NCBI GenBank assembly: GCA_965656375.1
Contig: CBFHKH010000001.1
Span: 409,319 to 473,318, forward strand
Reading direction: 5' to 3'
Length of the DNA: 64,000 bases
DNA from: Minisyncoccia bacterium
Lineage (GTDB): Bacteria; Patescibacteriota; Minisyncoccia; Phycocordibacterales; UBA9973
The notes beneath the pieces were generated by a model, which was given only the letters and a program-made list of their open reading frames with translations, was not told the origin of the DNA and searched no databases. Each line of letters opens with the position of its first letter. The first letter of the stretch is position 1. This document shows positions 1 to 8,400 of this stretch, one piece after another. Made by a program: the position numbers and the translations under genes.

Positions 1-8
1 ATAAGGCG

Positions 9-500
9 ATGGGAATATCGACTAATCCGGATGAAGGAAGCAAAGATATATTGAAGGTGACCACGTTTCCTACTCGAGTCTTCCCTGTCGGGCGCCTCGA
101 TAAAGATTCTCATGGGCTCATCCTCATGACAAATGATGGTCGTGTAACTGATCGACTCCTTTCACCTAAATATGTTCATGAGAAAGAATATGTTGTCCGT
201 GTAGAACCTGCATTTTCAGATAAATTCGTAGAACTTATGTCAGCGGGAGTAAAATTCGATGGCTTTGTAAGTAAAAAGTGTAAGGTATGGCGTAAGAACA
301 AGGACACATTTCACATAGTACTTACTGAGGGTAAAAAGCGACAGATTCGCCGCATGGCAGAAGCACTTCACCATAAGGTTATCGATTTACGCCGTATTCG
401 CATCATGAATATCAAGCTCGACAAACTCCCGTTTGGCGCATACACAGAAATCAAAGGTAAAGAACTCGATGAACTCTTGAAATCTCTCAAATTGAAATGA
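9..500 (+). CDS. rRNA pseudouridine synthase, RsuA/RluB/RluF family (probably 5'-truncated by window edge)
   Basis: Catalytic motif VGRLDKDSHGLILMTNDG, HEKEYVV and LTEGKKRQIRRM; N-terminal S4 domain lies outside window. Confidence 0.92.
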   Translation: MGISTNPDEGSKDILKVTTFPTRVFPVGRLDKDSHGLILMTNDGRVTDRLLSPKYVHEKEYVVRVEPAFSDKFVELMSAGVKFDGFVSKKCKVWRKNKDTFHIVLTEGKKRQIRRMAEALHHKVIDLRRIRIMNIKLDKLPFGAYTEIKGKELDELLKSLKLK

Positions 501-529
501 AAAAGCGAATCCAGAGGATTCGCTTTTTT
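501..529. terminator. Bidirectional intrinsic terminator
   Basis: aaaagcgaatcc-aga-ggattcgctttttt between convergent genes. Confidence 0.85.
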
Positions 530-544
530 GTTTTTAACATAATT

Positions 545-919
545 TTATTGCAAAGAAACAATCGTGGTTCCCTTCTTAATGAAGAGCGATTGTATACCGC
601 TCATTTTTGTTTCTCTCCATATTGCTTTTTTGTTTCCAAGCTTTATGATTTGATATAACGCAATTCTGGTCTGTCCGTTTTCCTTGTATATAAATACATT
701 TGGGTTCTTTATGCTTAAGCCAAATAACCCGGGAACCAGTGACATATCATCTTTTGCGCTTTTCATATCAGAATAATTGGAAAAAGGAGTTCCTGAGATA
801 GTATTCACAAGGTCTGTAACAGAGTGAATATCTTTTTCCAGAAATTCAATTTTTACGTAGTTTTGAGAAAAACAAAATAACGGCATTATGCAAAGAGCAA
901 GAATTAATAACTTTTTCAT
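545..919 (-). CDS. Hypothetical secreted protein
   Basis: Signal peptide MKKLLILALCIMPLFCFS-Q; strong sigma70 promoter upstream; no recognisable domain. Confidence 0.7.
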   Translation of the reverse strand: MKKLLILALCIMPLFCFSQNYVKIEFLEKDIHSVTDLVNTISGTPFSNYSDMKSAKDDMSLVPGLFGLSIKNPNVFIYKENGQTRIALYQIIKLGNKKAIWRETKMSGIQSLFIKKGTTIVSLQ

Positions 920-960
920 TTGTTAGGTAGTTTGGTTATAAATAGTGATTCTTATTGTAT

Positions 961-989
961 ATTATACCATTTTAAACCTAAATAGTCAA
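961..989 (-). promoter_or_regulatory. Sigma70 promoter for 545..919
   Basis: TTGACT-N17-TATAAT with extended TG on minus strand. Confidence 0.8.
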
Positions 990-1013
990 ACTCCTATACT
1001 ACAAATATTTGAT

Positions 1014-1049
1014 AGTAAAAAACCCTCTCAATTGAGAGGGTTTTTTACT
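1014..1049 (-). terminator. Intrinsic terminator
   Basis: agtaaaaaaccctctca-at-tgagagggttttttact just after stop of 1058..3967. Confidence 0.85.
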
Positions 1050-1057
1050 TGAGAAAC

Positions 1058-3967
1058 TTAGTTATTTATAAAAGCAAATTCAGTCTGATACATATGGGGT
1101 GGTAACAAAGCAATATTAGTTCCTCCGGTTGTAAGCATTCCATTCGTGAATGTTCTTATCTCACGAAGAGACACTCTATAATGGCTATTTTGAGCTGATG
1201 GAGTTATAAGGGTGACAGTAAGAGTGAAATGCTTTGTAGCCCCATCATCAAGACGATATCCATTCCCTTCGATTATTGCATTAGGTGACGTCAGCGTAGA
1301 AGAAGCGATACTTGTAGTGTCTGCGATTGCAGGATTCTGCGCCGTATTAAAGACATAGGCAAGCGCATTGGTTCCAGTCGGCGTAACAGCTAGCTCGACT
1401 GTTTGTCCTATGTATTTCGTCGCCCCGACAGATGAGACTGTCAGTGGAATACTGTATGTAACCTGGGTAACATTTCCATTATTTGTAACTGTACTAATAA
1501 TCGATGTACCCATAGCAACATTTACAACACTGGTATTAAAGTATTGCGTCTGTGAGTGAGCAAATCCTGCTCTTTGCGACGGAAGTAGTTGGTCGCCATT
1601 TTGATCTAGAACTGAGAAATTTGCCGGTGTTAGTACGCTCTCATTCGTGATACCAGATATGAGACTGAACCCACTTGGGTAATTGCCACCGAGCGCTTTT
1701 ATATCCACCGCTACAGTGAATGACACTGTCGTTCCAACAGGCACAATAGTATTCCATAGATTGCTAAAGATGAACCCACATGTACTTGTACAAGAAGGGT
1801 TGTTTGTAATGACCCCTCCAACTACATCATACCCCATTCCGCCATCCATAGAATCTATCAAATCATTGCCCCGATATAATTTTATTGTATTTATAAGTGA
1901 AGATATGTTGTATGGGCCAGTAGTTATCATCACAGGAATCTTGCGTAAATCAAGATCAGATTCTTCGGCAGTAACGGTAAATTTAAGAAGAGGGACATTC
2001 TGGGTGCTTGCGGTATTGCTGACGAGTGTAGTCCTACTTGGCGGGGTCGTCGGATCAGTAGCTACTATTACTCGAGCCAGGGCGATACTGAAATTTTGAT
2101 TAGACTGATCGAGTGGTCCATATGAAGGTCCCGATGTTGGATATATTCTGACTTTGAAATTATTGCCGTAGACCATTTGCGGCCATGTAGTTGTATTTGG
2201 CAACGATACAGTCTCTGCTCCATCATTGATAGTGGTTGCCAGATGTCGAACAAGATCAGGACTACCAGTACGCGACATCACGAGATCGATAGACATCTGG
2301 GTACTCGCTGGAATCAAGCATGTCCTCCAACTAACCGGCATCTCAACGGGAAGGAAGTGTTCCCCGCCGTTTGGTGAAAGTACATCTACGGCAGGAACGG
2401 TCGTTGAATCATCAGGATTGCAAAATGTAGGAGTGATTATTACTACGCATGGCTGACCAGTCGTAACGCTGAATCCTTGGCTTGTGACGCAGCCCTGAGG
2501 TACGTTCGGATAAACTATCGTCCAGTTACATGGCTGACCGGTTGTCATGCTATAGCCATTCGCTGAATTACAGCCTGCTATCCAAGTAACAGGATTGGTA
2601 CATGGTATGCCAGTCAATGGACTATATCCGAGGAATGGGGATACACATCCTGCGGGAGCTGTTACTCCCCCTAATATAAACGGCGCATCACTAAAATCTA
2701 TTGCTAAGGTGTTATTATTGTAATCTGCTACACGTATAATGATTTCATAAAGTCCTGGTGCATAATTAGATGGAATCGTGTAGGAAAAATTCGATCCACT
2801 CGGCCCTCCTACTGGAGCACCACCAACAGCAGTACCTCCGGCTGGATTCAGAGAATGTAAAGTAATCTCAGCTCCAATGTTCGGATCGATACCTGACGCG
2901 GTCCACGAAATATTTATTGTTTGCCCTGGTTGGTAAACTTCCCCGCCATTTGGAGAAGTGACAGTAATAGAAGGAGCAAGAGAGTTAATGCGAAATGTTG
3001 TATTAGATTCATCCCAAAGATCAGTCGTGTTGTCAGCTGCGAGAGCGCTCAAGCGTATCTTGTAATTTCCTGTTATTAAGCCAGAGTAGGCACTTGTAGG
3101 AATCGGAAAGGTTTCCTCTCCATCATTCGGAGTAGAAATCGTTGGAATATTAGGATCATCGGTAAAATATATTACTGTATTGTTATCTACATTAAAGAGC
3201 CCGATGATTGCATCGTGGTTTAATGGAACATCGCAGCTTGTCCATGTTACTGTCATCTGCTGGCCTGCAGTGTATACTTCGCCACCATTTGGAGAAATAA
3301 CAGTGATGCCTGGCGTATCAGTACTATCGCAACCAGTAGGGTTGTTTTGGGTTTGAATCGTAAAAAAATTATCTGAAAGATCCATTAAATTAGGATTGCC
3401 TCCTATTGCTATGTATATTTTATAGTAATTGCCAGATGCCAATGGATGTCCGCCTTGGTAACCAATGAGAGGAAGTGTCACTATTTCACTGCCATCATTA
3501 GGAGTGATGGTTATTTCATCCCTTTCATCTGTTAACGAAGAATAAAGGGCGATAAATGCAGTAGAGCTTGAAGAATATGCACTATTCCACCTAATTTCAA
3601 TCTGCTGTCCTGGCTGATAGATTTCTCCGCCGTTTGGAGAAAGTACAGTTACTGGAGGAGTTCCAGTTGAATCAAAGTCTGCAGAAGTAGCCGTGGTATT
3701 TTTTTCATCTTGAGGTTGCTGCTCTTCGAATTTCTGAGATTCTATCAAATCAGTCGTTGCGATAGATGCATCCTTTTCTGTAATGCTATCGATGTCTAGT
3801 CTTGCATCATTAATACTAGCTGTTACATCTTGCATTACTTCATTTTGCTCAGCTTTTGCACTACTCATCTCAGTTTTATATGAAAGGGATGTATCTGCCA
3901 AAACTGCAGAAGTCGACATTACAAACATGTTATAGACTATAAACGCCCCAAGAAGGATTTTTTTCAT
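1058..3967 (-). CDS. Large secreted surface protein with four SPNGGE Ig-like (Ser/Thr-rich, Kre9/KNH-like) repeats and Cys-bracketed repeats
   Basis: Signal peptide ending VLA; four V.SPNGGE repeats; three GCx(S/T)xxG(Y/F)SxxTGxPC units; beta-rich C-terminus. Confidence 0.8.
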   Translation of the reverse strand: MKKILLGAFIVYNMFVMSTSAVLADTSLSYKTEMSSAKAEQNEVMQDVTASINDARLDIDSITEKDASIATTDLIESQKFEEQQPQDEKNTTATSADFDSTGTPPVTVLSPNGGEIYQPGQQIEIRWNSAYSSSSTAFIALYSSLTDERDEITITPNDGSEIVTLPLIGYQGGHPLASGNYYKIYIAIGGNPNLMDLSDNFFTIQTQNNPTGCDSTDTPGITVISPNGGEVYTAGQQMTVTWTSCDVPLNHDAIIGLFNVDNNTVIYFTDDPNIPTISTPNDGEETFPIPTSAYSGLITGNYKIRLSALAADNTTDLWDESNTTFRINSLAPSITVTSPNGGEVYQPGQTINISWTASGIDPNIGAEITLHSLNPAGGTAVGGAPVGGPSGSNFSYTIPSNYAPGLYEIIIRVADYNNNTLAIDFSDAPFILGGVTAPAGCVSPFLGYSPLTGIPCTNPVTWIAGCNSANGYSMTTGQPCNWTIVYPNVPQGCVTSQGFSVTTGQPCVVIITPTFCNPDDSTTVPAVDVLSPNGGEHFLPVEMPVSWRTCLIPASTQMSIDLVMSRTGSPDLVRHLATTINDGAETVSLPNTTTWPQMVYGNNFKVRIYPTSGPSYGPLDQSNQNFSIALARVIVATDPTTPPSRTTLVSNTASTQNVPLLKFTVTAEESDLDLRKIPVMITTGPYNISSLINTIKLYRGNDLIDSMDGGMGYDVVGGVITNNPSCTSTCGFIFSNLWNTIVPVGTTVSFTVAVDIKALGGNYPSGFSLISGITNESVLTPANFSVLDQNGDQLLPSQRAGFAHSQTQYFNTSVVNVAMGTSIISTVTNNGNVTQVTYSIPLTVSSVGATKYIGQTVELAVTPTGTNALAYVFNTAQNPAIADTTSIASSTLTSPNAIIEGNGYRLDDGATKHFTLTVTLITPSAQNSHYRVSLREIRTFTNGMLTTGGTNIALLPPHMYQTEFAFINN

Positions 3968-3994
3968 AAATCAATAATTTATTAATAGGCCTTT

Positions 3995-4023
3995 ATCTTA
4001 CCATTTTTTAATCATTTTGTCAA
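3995..4023 (-). promoter_or_regulatory. Sigma70 promoter for 1058..3967
   Basis: TTGACA-N17-TAAGAT with extended TG. Confidence 0.7.
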
Positions 4024-4024
4024 T

Positions 4025-4060
4025 AATAAAAATACCCTGTATCAACAGAGTATTTTTATT
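4025..4060 (-). terminator. Terminator of rpsF-ssb-rpsR operon
   Basis: aataaaaataccctgt-atca-acagagtatttttatt immediately after rpsR stop. Confidence 0.7.
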
Positions 4061-4061
4061 T

Positions 4062-4262
4062 CTATTTTGCGATATAAGGTAGAAGTCCCATGAAGCGAGC
4101 ACGCTTGATAGCTTCTGCAAGCTTACGCTGGTTCTTTGCAGTTACATCAGTGCGACGTCGAGCAAGCATACGAGCGCTCGGTGCAAGGAACTTTCGGAGC
4201 AATTCGACATCTTTATAGTCGATATGCTTTATATTGTTTGATGAGAAATAATCTTGTTTCAT
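4062..4262 (-). CDS. rpsR: 30S ribosomal protein S18
   Basis: [12 protein letters not shown]...[19 protein letters not shown]; canonical rpsF-ssb-rpsR order. Confidence 0.97.
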   Translation of the reverse strand: MKQDYFSSNNIKHIDYKDVELLRKFLAPSARMLARRRTDVTAKNQRKLAEAIKRARFMGLLPYIAK

Positions 4263-4289
4263 AAATTCTAGTTAATAGTTAGTAATTCT

Positions 4290-4745
4290 TTAAAATGGAA
4301 TATCTTCAGCATTGATCTGTTCGTCTGGATATTCGATCGTATCGAGTGAATCATCTCCTGCCTGGGCAGGCAAGTCCTGCGGAGTAGTTCGAGGAGCGCT
4401 TGATCCCCCGCCCATACCACCACCGCCAAACTGAACTCGATCTGCGATAACTTCTGTACGATATTTCTTTGTACCAGTACCTGCATCATCCCAGGATCGT
4501 GTCTGCATGCGGCCTTCGATCATAACCTGCGAGCCCTTCTTCATATACTGGGCCACAGTCTCTGCCTGGCGACCGAATACAACGATATTGTGGTAATCCG
4601 CTGCTTCTTGCTTTGCACCGTTTTTATCTTTCCAGACACGGTTTGTCGCAATAGAGAAGCTGCATACCTTGATCCCTGAAGGAATCGCTTTGAGTTCCGG
4701 ATCACGGGTGAGGTTACCTATGAGCAATGCTTTGTTTAAATACAT
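4290..4745 (-). CDS. ssb: Single-stranded DNA-binding protein
   Basis: LNKALLIGNLTRDPE OB-fold start, acidic EDIPF tail. Confidence 0.98.
   Translation of the reverse strand: MYLNKALLIGNLTRDPELKAIPSGIKVCSFSIATNRVWKDKNGAKQEAADYHNIVVFGRQAETVAQYMKKGSQVMIEGRMQTRSWDDAGTGTKKYRTEVIADRVQFGGGGMGGGSSAPRTTPQDLPAQAGDDSLDTIEYPDEQINAEDIPF
4357..4374. repeat. 18 bp near-palindrome in ssb linker (encodes LPAQAG)
   Basis: cctgcctgggcaggcaag; 16/18 identical to the palindrome at 44510. Confidence 0.7.
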
Positions 4746-4775
4746 AGTTTTGATGAGTTATGACTAATAGGTTTA

Positions 4776-5273
4776 TTATACTACAAGCGCATCGATCTCC
4801 TTGTCTATAACTTCCTCGTTGATTGGGCCAGCATCTTCACTCTTTTGTACTCGGCGCTTTGCTCCATCAGTCTTGCCATATGGGCGTTTTGAAGACATAG
4901 TATTCTCGCGAACAGTCTTGATCATAAGGTATCGAACAAGCTTTTCGTTCTTATCGAGCATATCTTTGATGATACGAGCGGCTTCTGTCGTACATTCAAA
5001 TTTTACCCAACCAAAGTACCCATACGAGAACTTCTGTTTTTTGTTTGCAATTGAACGAGTCATCTCGTATGCAAGCTCCATCATTTTTGGATATTCATCT
5101 GAGATGAATGTAACTCCCTGCTCTCCGAGCATATCCTTAAATGTTGTGACTTCACCGCCGAGATTCTCCTCAGCTACTGTCGGTACCATAATGTACCCTA
5201 CTTCATACACACTAACCTTTCCTCCTTTTTCCTCACCTACTACTTCTACACTTTCTTCTTTTGCTTTTGCCAT
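4776..5273 (-). CDS. rpsF: 30S ribosomal protein S6 with N/C-terminal extensions
   Basis: YEVGYIMVP, LAYEM, GYFGWVKF, LVRYLMIK; operon position. Confidence 0.92.
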   Translation of the reverse strand: MAKAKEESVEVVGEEKGGKVSVYEVGYIMVPTVAEENLGGEVTTFKDMLGEQGVTFISDEYPKMMELAYEMTRSIANKKQKFSYGYFGWVKFECTTEAARIIKDMLDKNEKLVRYLMIKTVRENTMSSKRPYGKTDGAKRRVQKSEDAGPINEEVIDKEIDALVV

Positions 5274-5338
5274 AAAGATAGCTTTTAGCTATTAGCAGAC
5301 TAGCTACTAGCAACCAAATAATATTGTTAATTCATAAT

Positions 5339-5428
5339 AAAGTCTTGCTATGGACCCAATTAGACCTTTTTGGGTGTACCGGCTTCAGGGCCGGGACAAA
5401 CAAGACCTGCCTGCGATAGCCAGGCGTG
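5339..5428 (-). ncRNA. Candidate structured 5' leader of rpsF operon (hairpin plus three-way junction)
   Basis: GC-rich island in AT-rich intergene; stems GCCUG/CAGGC, AGGUCUUGUU/AGCAAGACUU, CCGGC/GCCGG, ACCCAA/UUGGGU. Confidence 0.6.
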
Positions 5429-5433
5429 CGAAT

Positions 5434-5462
5434 ATACTAACAAAAATAAGGCTTTATGTCAA
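5434..5462 (-). promoter_or_regulatory. Sigma70 promoter of rpsF operon
   Basis: TTGACA-N17-TAGTAT. Confidence 0.8.
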
Positions 5463-5466
5463 AATC

Positions 5467-8400
5467 TTACTGTCCTTGTTCCCCACCTGATGGGAGGGCT
5501 TCTTGGCCTCCAGTATCATCGCTTGATGAACCAGTGGTATCTTCAGTTGAACTTGTATCAGTAGTATTACTGTCTGTACTTTCTAGAGATCCGTCGGTAT
5601 TTCCGGTGTTTCCATTTTGAGCATCCCCAGTATCAGTATCTCCATTACCACCAGATCCACTGAAAGTAGTCTGCCCACCGAGAAGTTGTTCTAGTTGATC
5701 TCCTGTTATACAGATATCACTTCCATCTCCTTTCTTCACACAAAGTTCTTCAGTGTGAATTCTCTTTGCGAACAAGTTTTCAATACCGTTACTTATATCT
5801 GCCAAGAATTGTTTGACGAGCGAACCAAGTGAATTTGAATTTGTCGTATCGAGTGAGGAGAGGCCATTCACCTTAAGATTGAGTTCTTTGAGTGCTCCAA
5901 TAGCATATGGCATGAGCCCTCCCATACTCAGGAATTTCTTTTGTGTTCCATCAATCCACAAATGATCAGTCACCAAATCTGGGAATTGTTCGGCAACTTC
6001 TTGGGCAATGAAGCCATATTGAAGCGGCGATGTCGATCCTTCAGCAAGCCAGTGATATGAGACTGGATTGAGTGCTGAGATCTTTGTAAGAAGATCCGCA
6101 GTTGAGAGAGATGCAATATCTTTTTTGAGAGTACGGTCTGATCCACATGTCGGAGCGCCGGAGTTTGCGTTGAAATCACAGGTAGAGTTTGCATCTTCAA
6201 GTCTAAGGAGAGTGGTACCGTCGGTGATTAAAGAAGAACCTACATGAAGAGTGAAAGCAGGAGCAGCTTGAGCAATACCAATTTTACCAGAGGCTGTTGG
6301 CGCAATCGAAGGATTTCCTGATGTAGTTGCATAGGTACCCGTACCAAAAAGCACACCGCCGATATTGATAGCATTCGCCGTAGCATTAGGCAGTGAGATG
6401 TTTGTACCGATGATGATGTTGTTTGCTCCTACATCATTACCTGTAAACTGCGACCCCGTATTGAACCCAAAGAAATTTGAAAATGATCCACTTGCAGTAT
6501 TTTGACCTGCCTGTCTTCCAAAGAAGTTAGAGTTATTTGCGCTTGCGGCACTCCGTCCGGCATTGTTACCAAAGAAGTTTGAGTTTGCTGCACTCGTTGC
6601 TTGATACCCTGCAGAGTTACCAAAGAAATTGGACTGCGTCGCACTTCCCGCTGTATTACCAGAAGAGTTACCAAAGAAGTTAGAATTCGCGGCACCAGTT
6701 GCATTGAGTCCGGCCGAGCTTCCAAAGAAGTTTGAGTTATTAGCGCCACTTGCGCCATTACCTGCAGATGGACCGAGGAAATTGGATGTGTTCGCTCCTG
6801 TTGCTCCAAAGCCCGCTGATGGTCCCAGGAAGTTCGAGTTATTAGCACTTGTTGCGCCCTGTCCCGCCTGCCTGCCGATGAAATTTGATTGTGTCGAGCT
6901 TGTCGCATTGAGACCAGCATTGTCTCCGATGAACAGTCCGTAGTTTACGGTCGCATGAGTTGTGTTGTTACGTACAAGAGTATTACGAACAGTTGATGGA
7001 CTAAAGAATAAATCTGTACCATCGTACTCAAATGCACCAGCTTCTACTGCAGTGAGATTGGTCCCCGAAGTAAGCTTAAGAGGTGCGGTGTTTGCGGTAG
7101 CCGTGCCTGCTTTCAAATGCAAAACTGCTGTTGGAGAAGTTGGACCAATACCAAGATTGCCTCCGTTAAGAAGCGTCATGAGCTGCGTATTGTTTGCATT
7201 GTTATTAAACGCAATCGAAGTTGTACCACTAATGAACTGCGGTGAACCTGCAGCAACTCCAATACGGAGACCACCATTCGTGCCATTCATCACACTGAGA
7301 GTGCCATTCACATCAAGTGTATATCCAGGTGTTGTGTTATTGATTCCCACCCGGTTGTTTGCTCCGTCCCATGTCATAGTATTAAAGCTAGGACTTCCCC
7401 AAGTCCAAACATTCGTATTGCTCTGATAAAAGCTATAGTAATCCGACACAGTTCCCAAGCGGAGCGCATTGGTACCAATAATCTGGAGCTTTGTCGCTGG
7501 ACTTGTTGTCCCAATCCCTACATTTCCATCTGCTCGTATTGAGAGGCGATTTGATCCTCCGCTTTCGAAACGAGCAATATAGGAAGCAGTATCAGTTGCT
7601 GCTGTTTTGACTAACAAACCATTACGAACAGTAGTATTTGAATCTCTATTTTCAATAGCAGCTACATATCCTGCGCCTGAACTTGACCACGAAAGTGAAT
7701 CGAGCGTTGTGAGAAGTCCAAATCCGGACGAATCATATACGTTAGCATTGTAGTTAGTAAAATTTGCATATGGGTTTGTTGTATTAATACCTACCATGCC
7801 ATTGAGGGTAATCAGCTGATTCCCGACAGTTGCATTTTGCTGGATATAGATAGGACTCCCGTTTTGGTCGCCAGCGTAACTACCTCGATCGATTGAGTTT
7901 ATAAATACTTGGTCAGACGCAGTCCCGCTATACCATCCACCATATGATCCGATAAAGATGTTTCTATTTCCTGTTGTATTGTTTTCTCCAGCAAGATATC
8001 CAAGATAGCTGTTGTTGCTTCCAGATGATGTTGAATGACCAACATGGTACCCGATACCTGTGTTTGAAGAACCAGATGTCATATACCGAAGTGATGCGCC
8101 TCCGACAGATACATTGTAACTTCCTGTTGGACTCGTTGTAGTGTTACGCTGAGCATCTGCACCGACAGCGGTGTTGTAACTCCCGGTCGTATTGCCTGCA
8201 AGCGCAGAATTTCCAATTGCAGTATTGAATCCTCCGGAAGTATTTCCGCCAAGAGCTTGATATCCGACACCGACAATACCTGATGCAGTATTATTCCCGA
8301 GTGCAGACAATCCAACAGCAACATTGTAGTTGCCATTTGTCGTTACGAGAGATGATTTCATACCGATTGCGATATTTCCATAGCCACTCGTGAGAGCATT

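Noticed and set aside
6864-6877. cgcctgcctgccga similar to the LPAQAG palindrome
   Set aside because: Only a half site and it fits the regular GRQAG unit of the 14 aa protein repeat without an indel
6465-6935. Regularly spaced ccaaagaa repeats resembling a CRISPR array
   Set aside because: 42 nt period is in frame, degenerate at third positions and encodes SNFFG protein repeats; no cas genes
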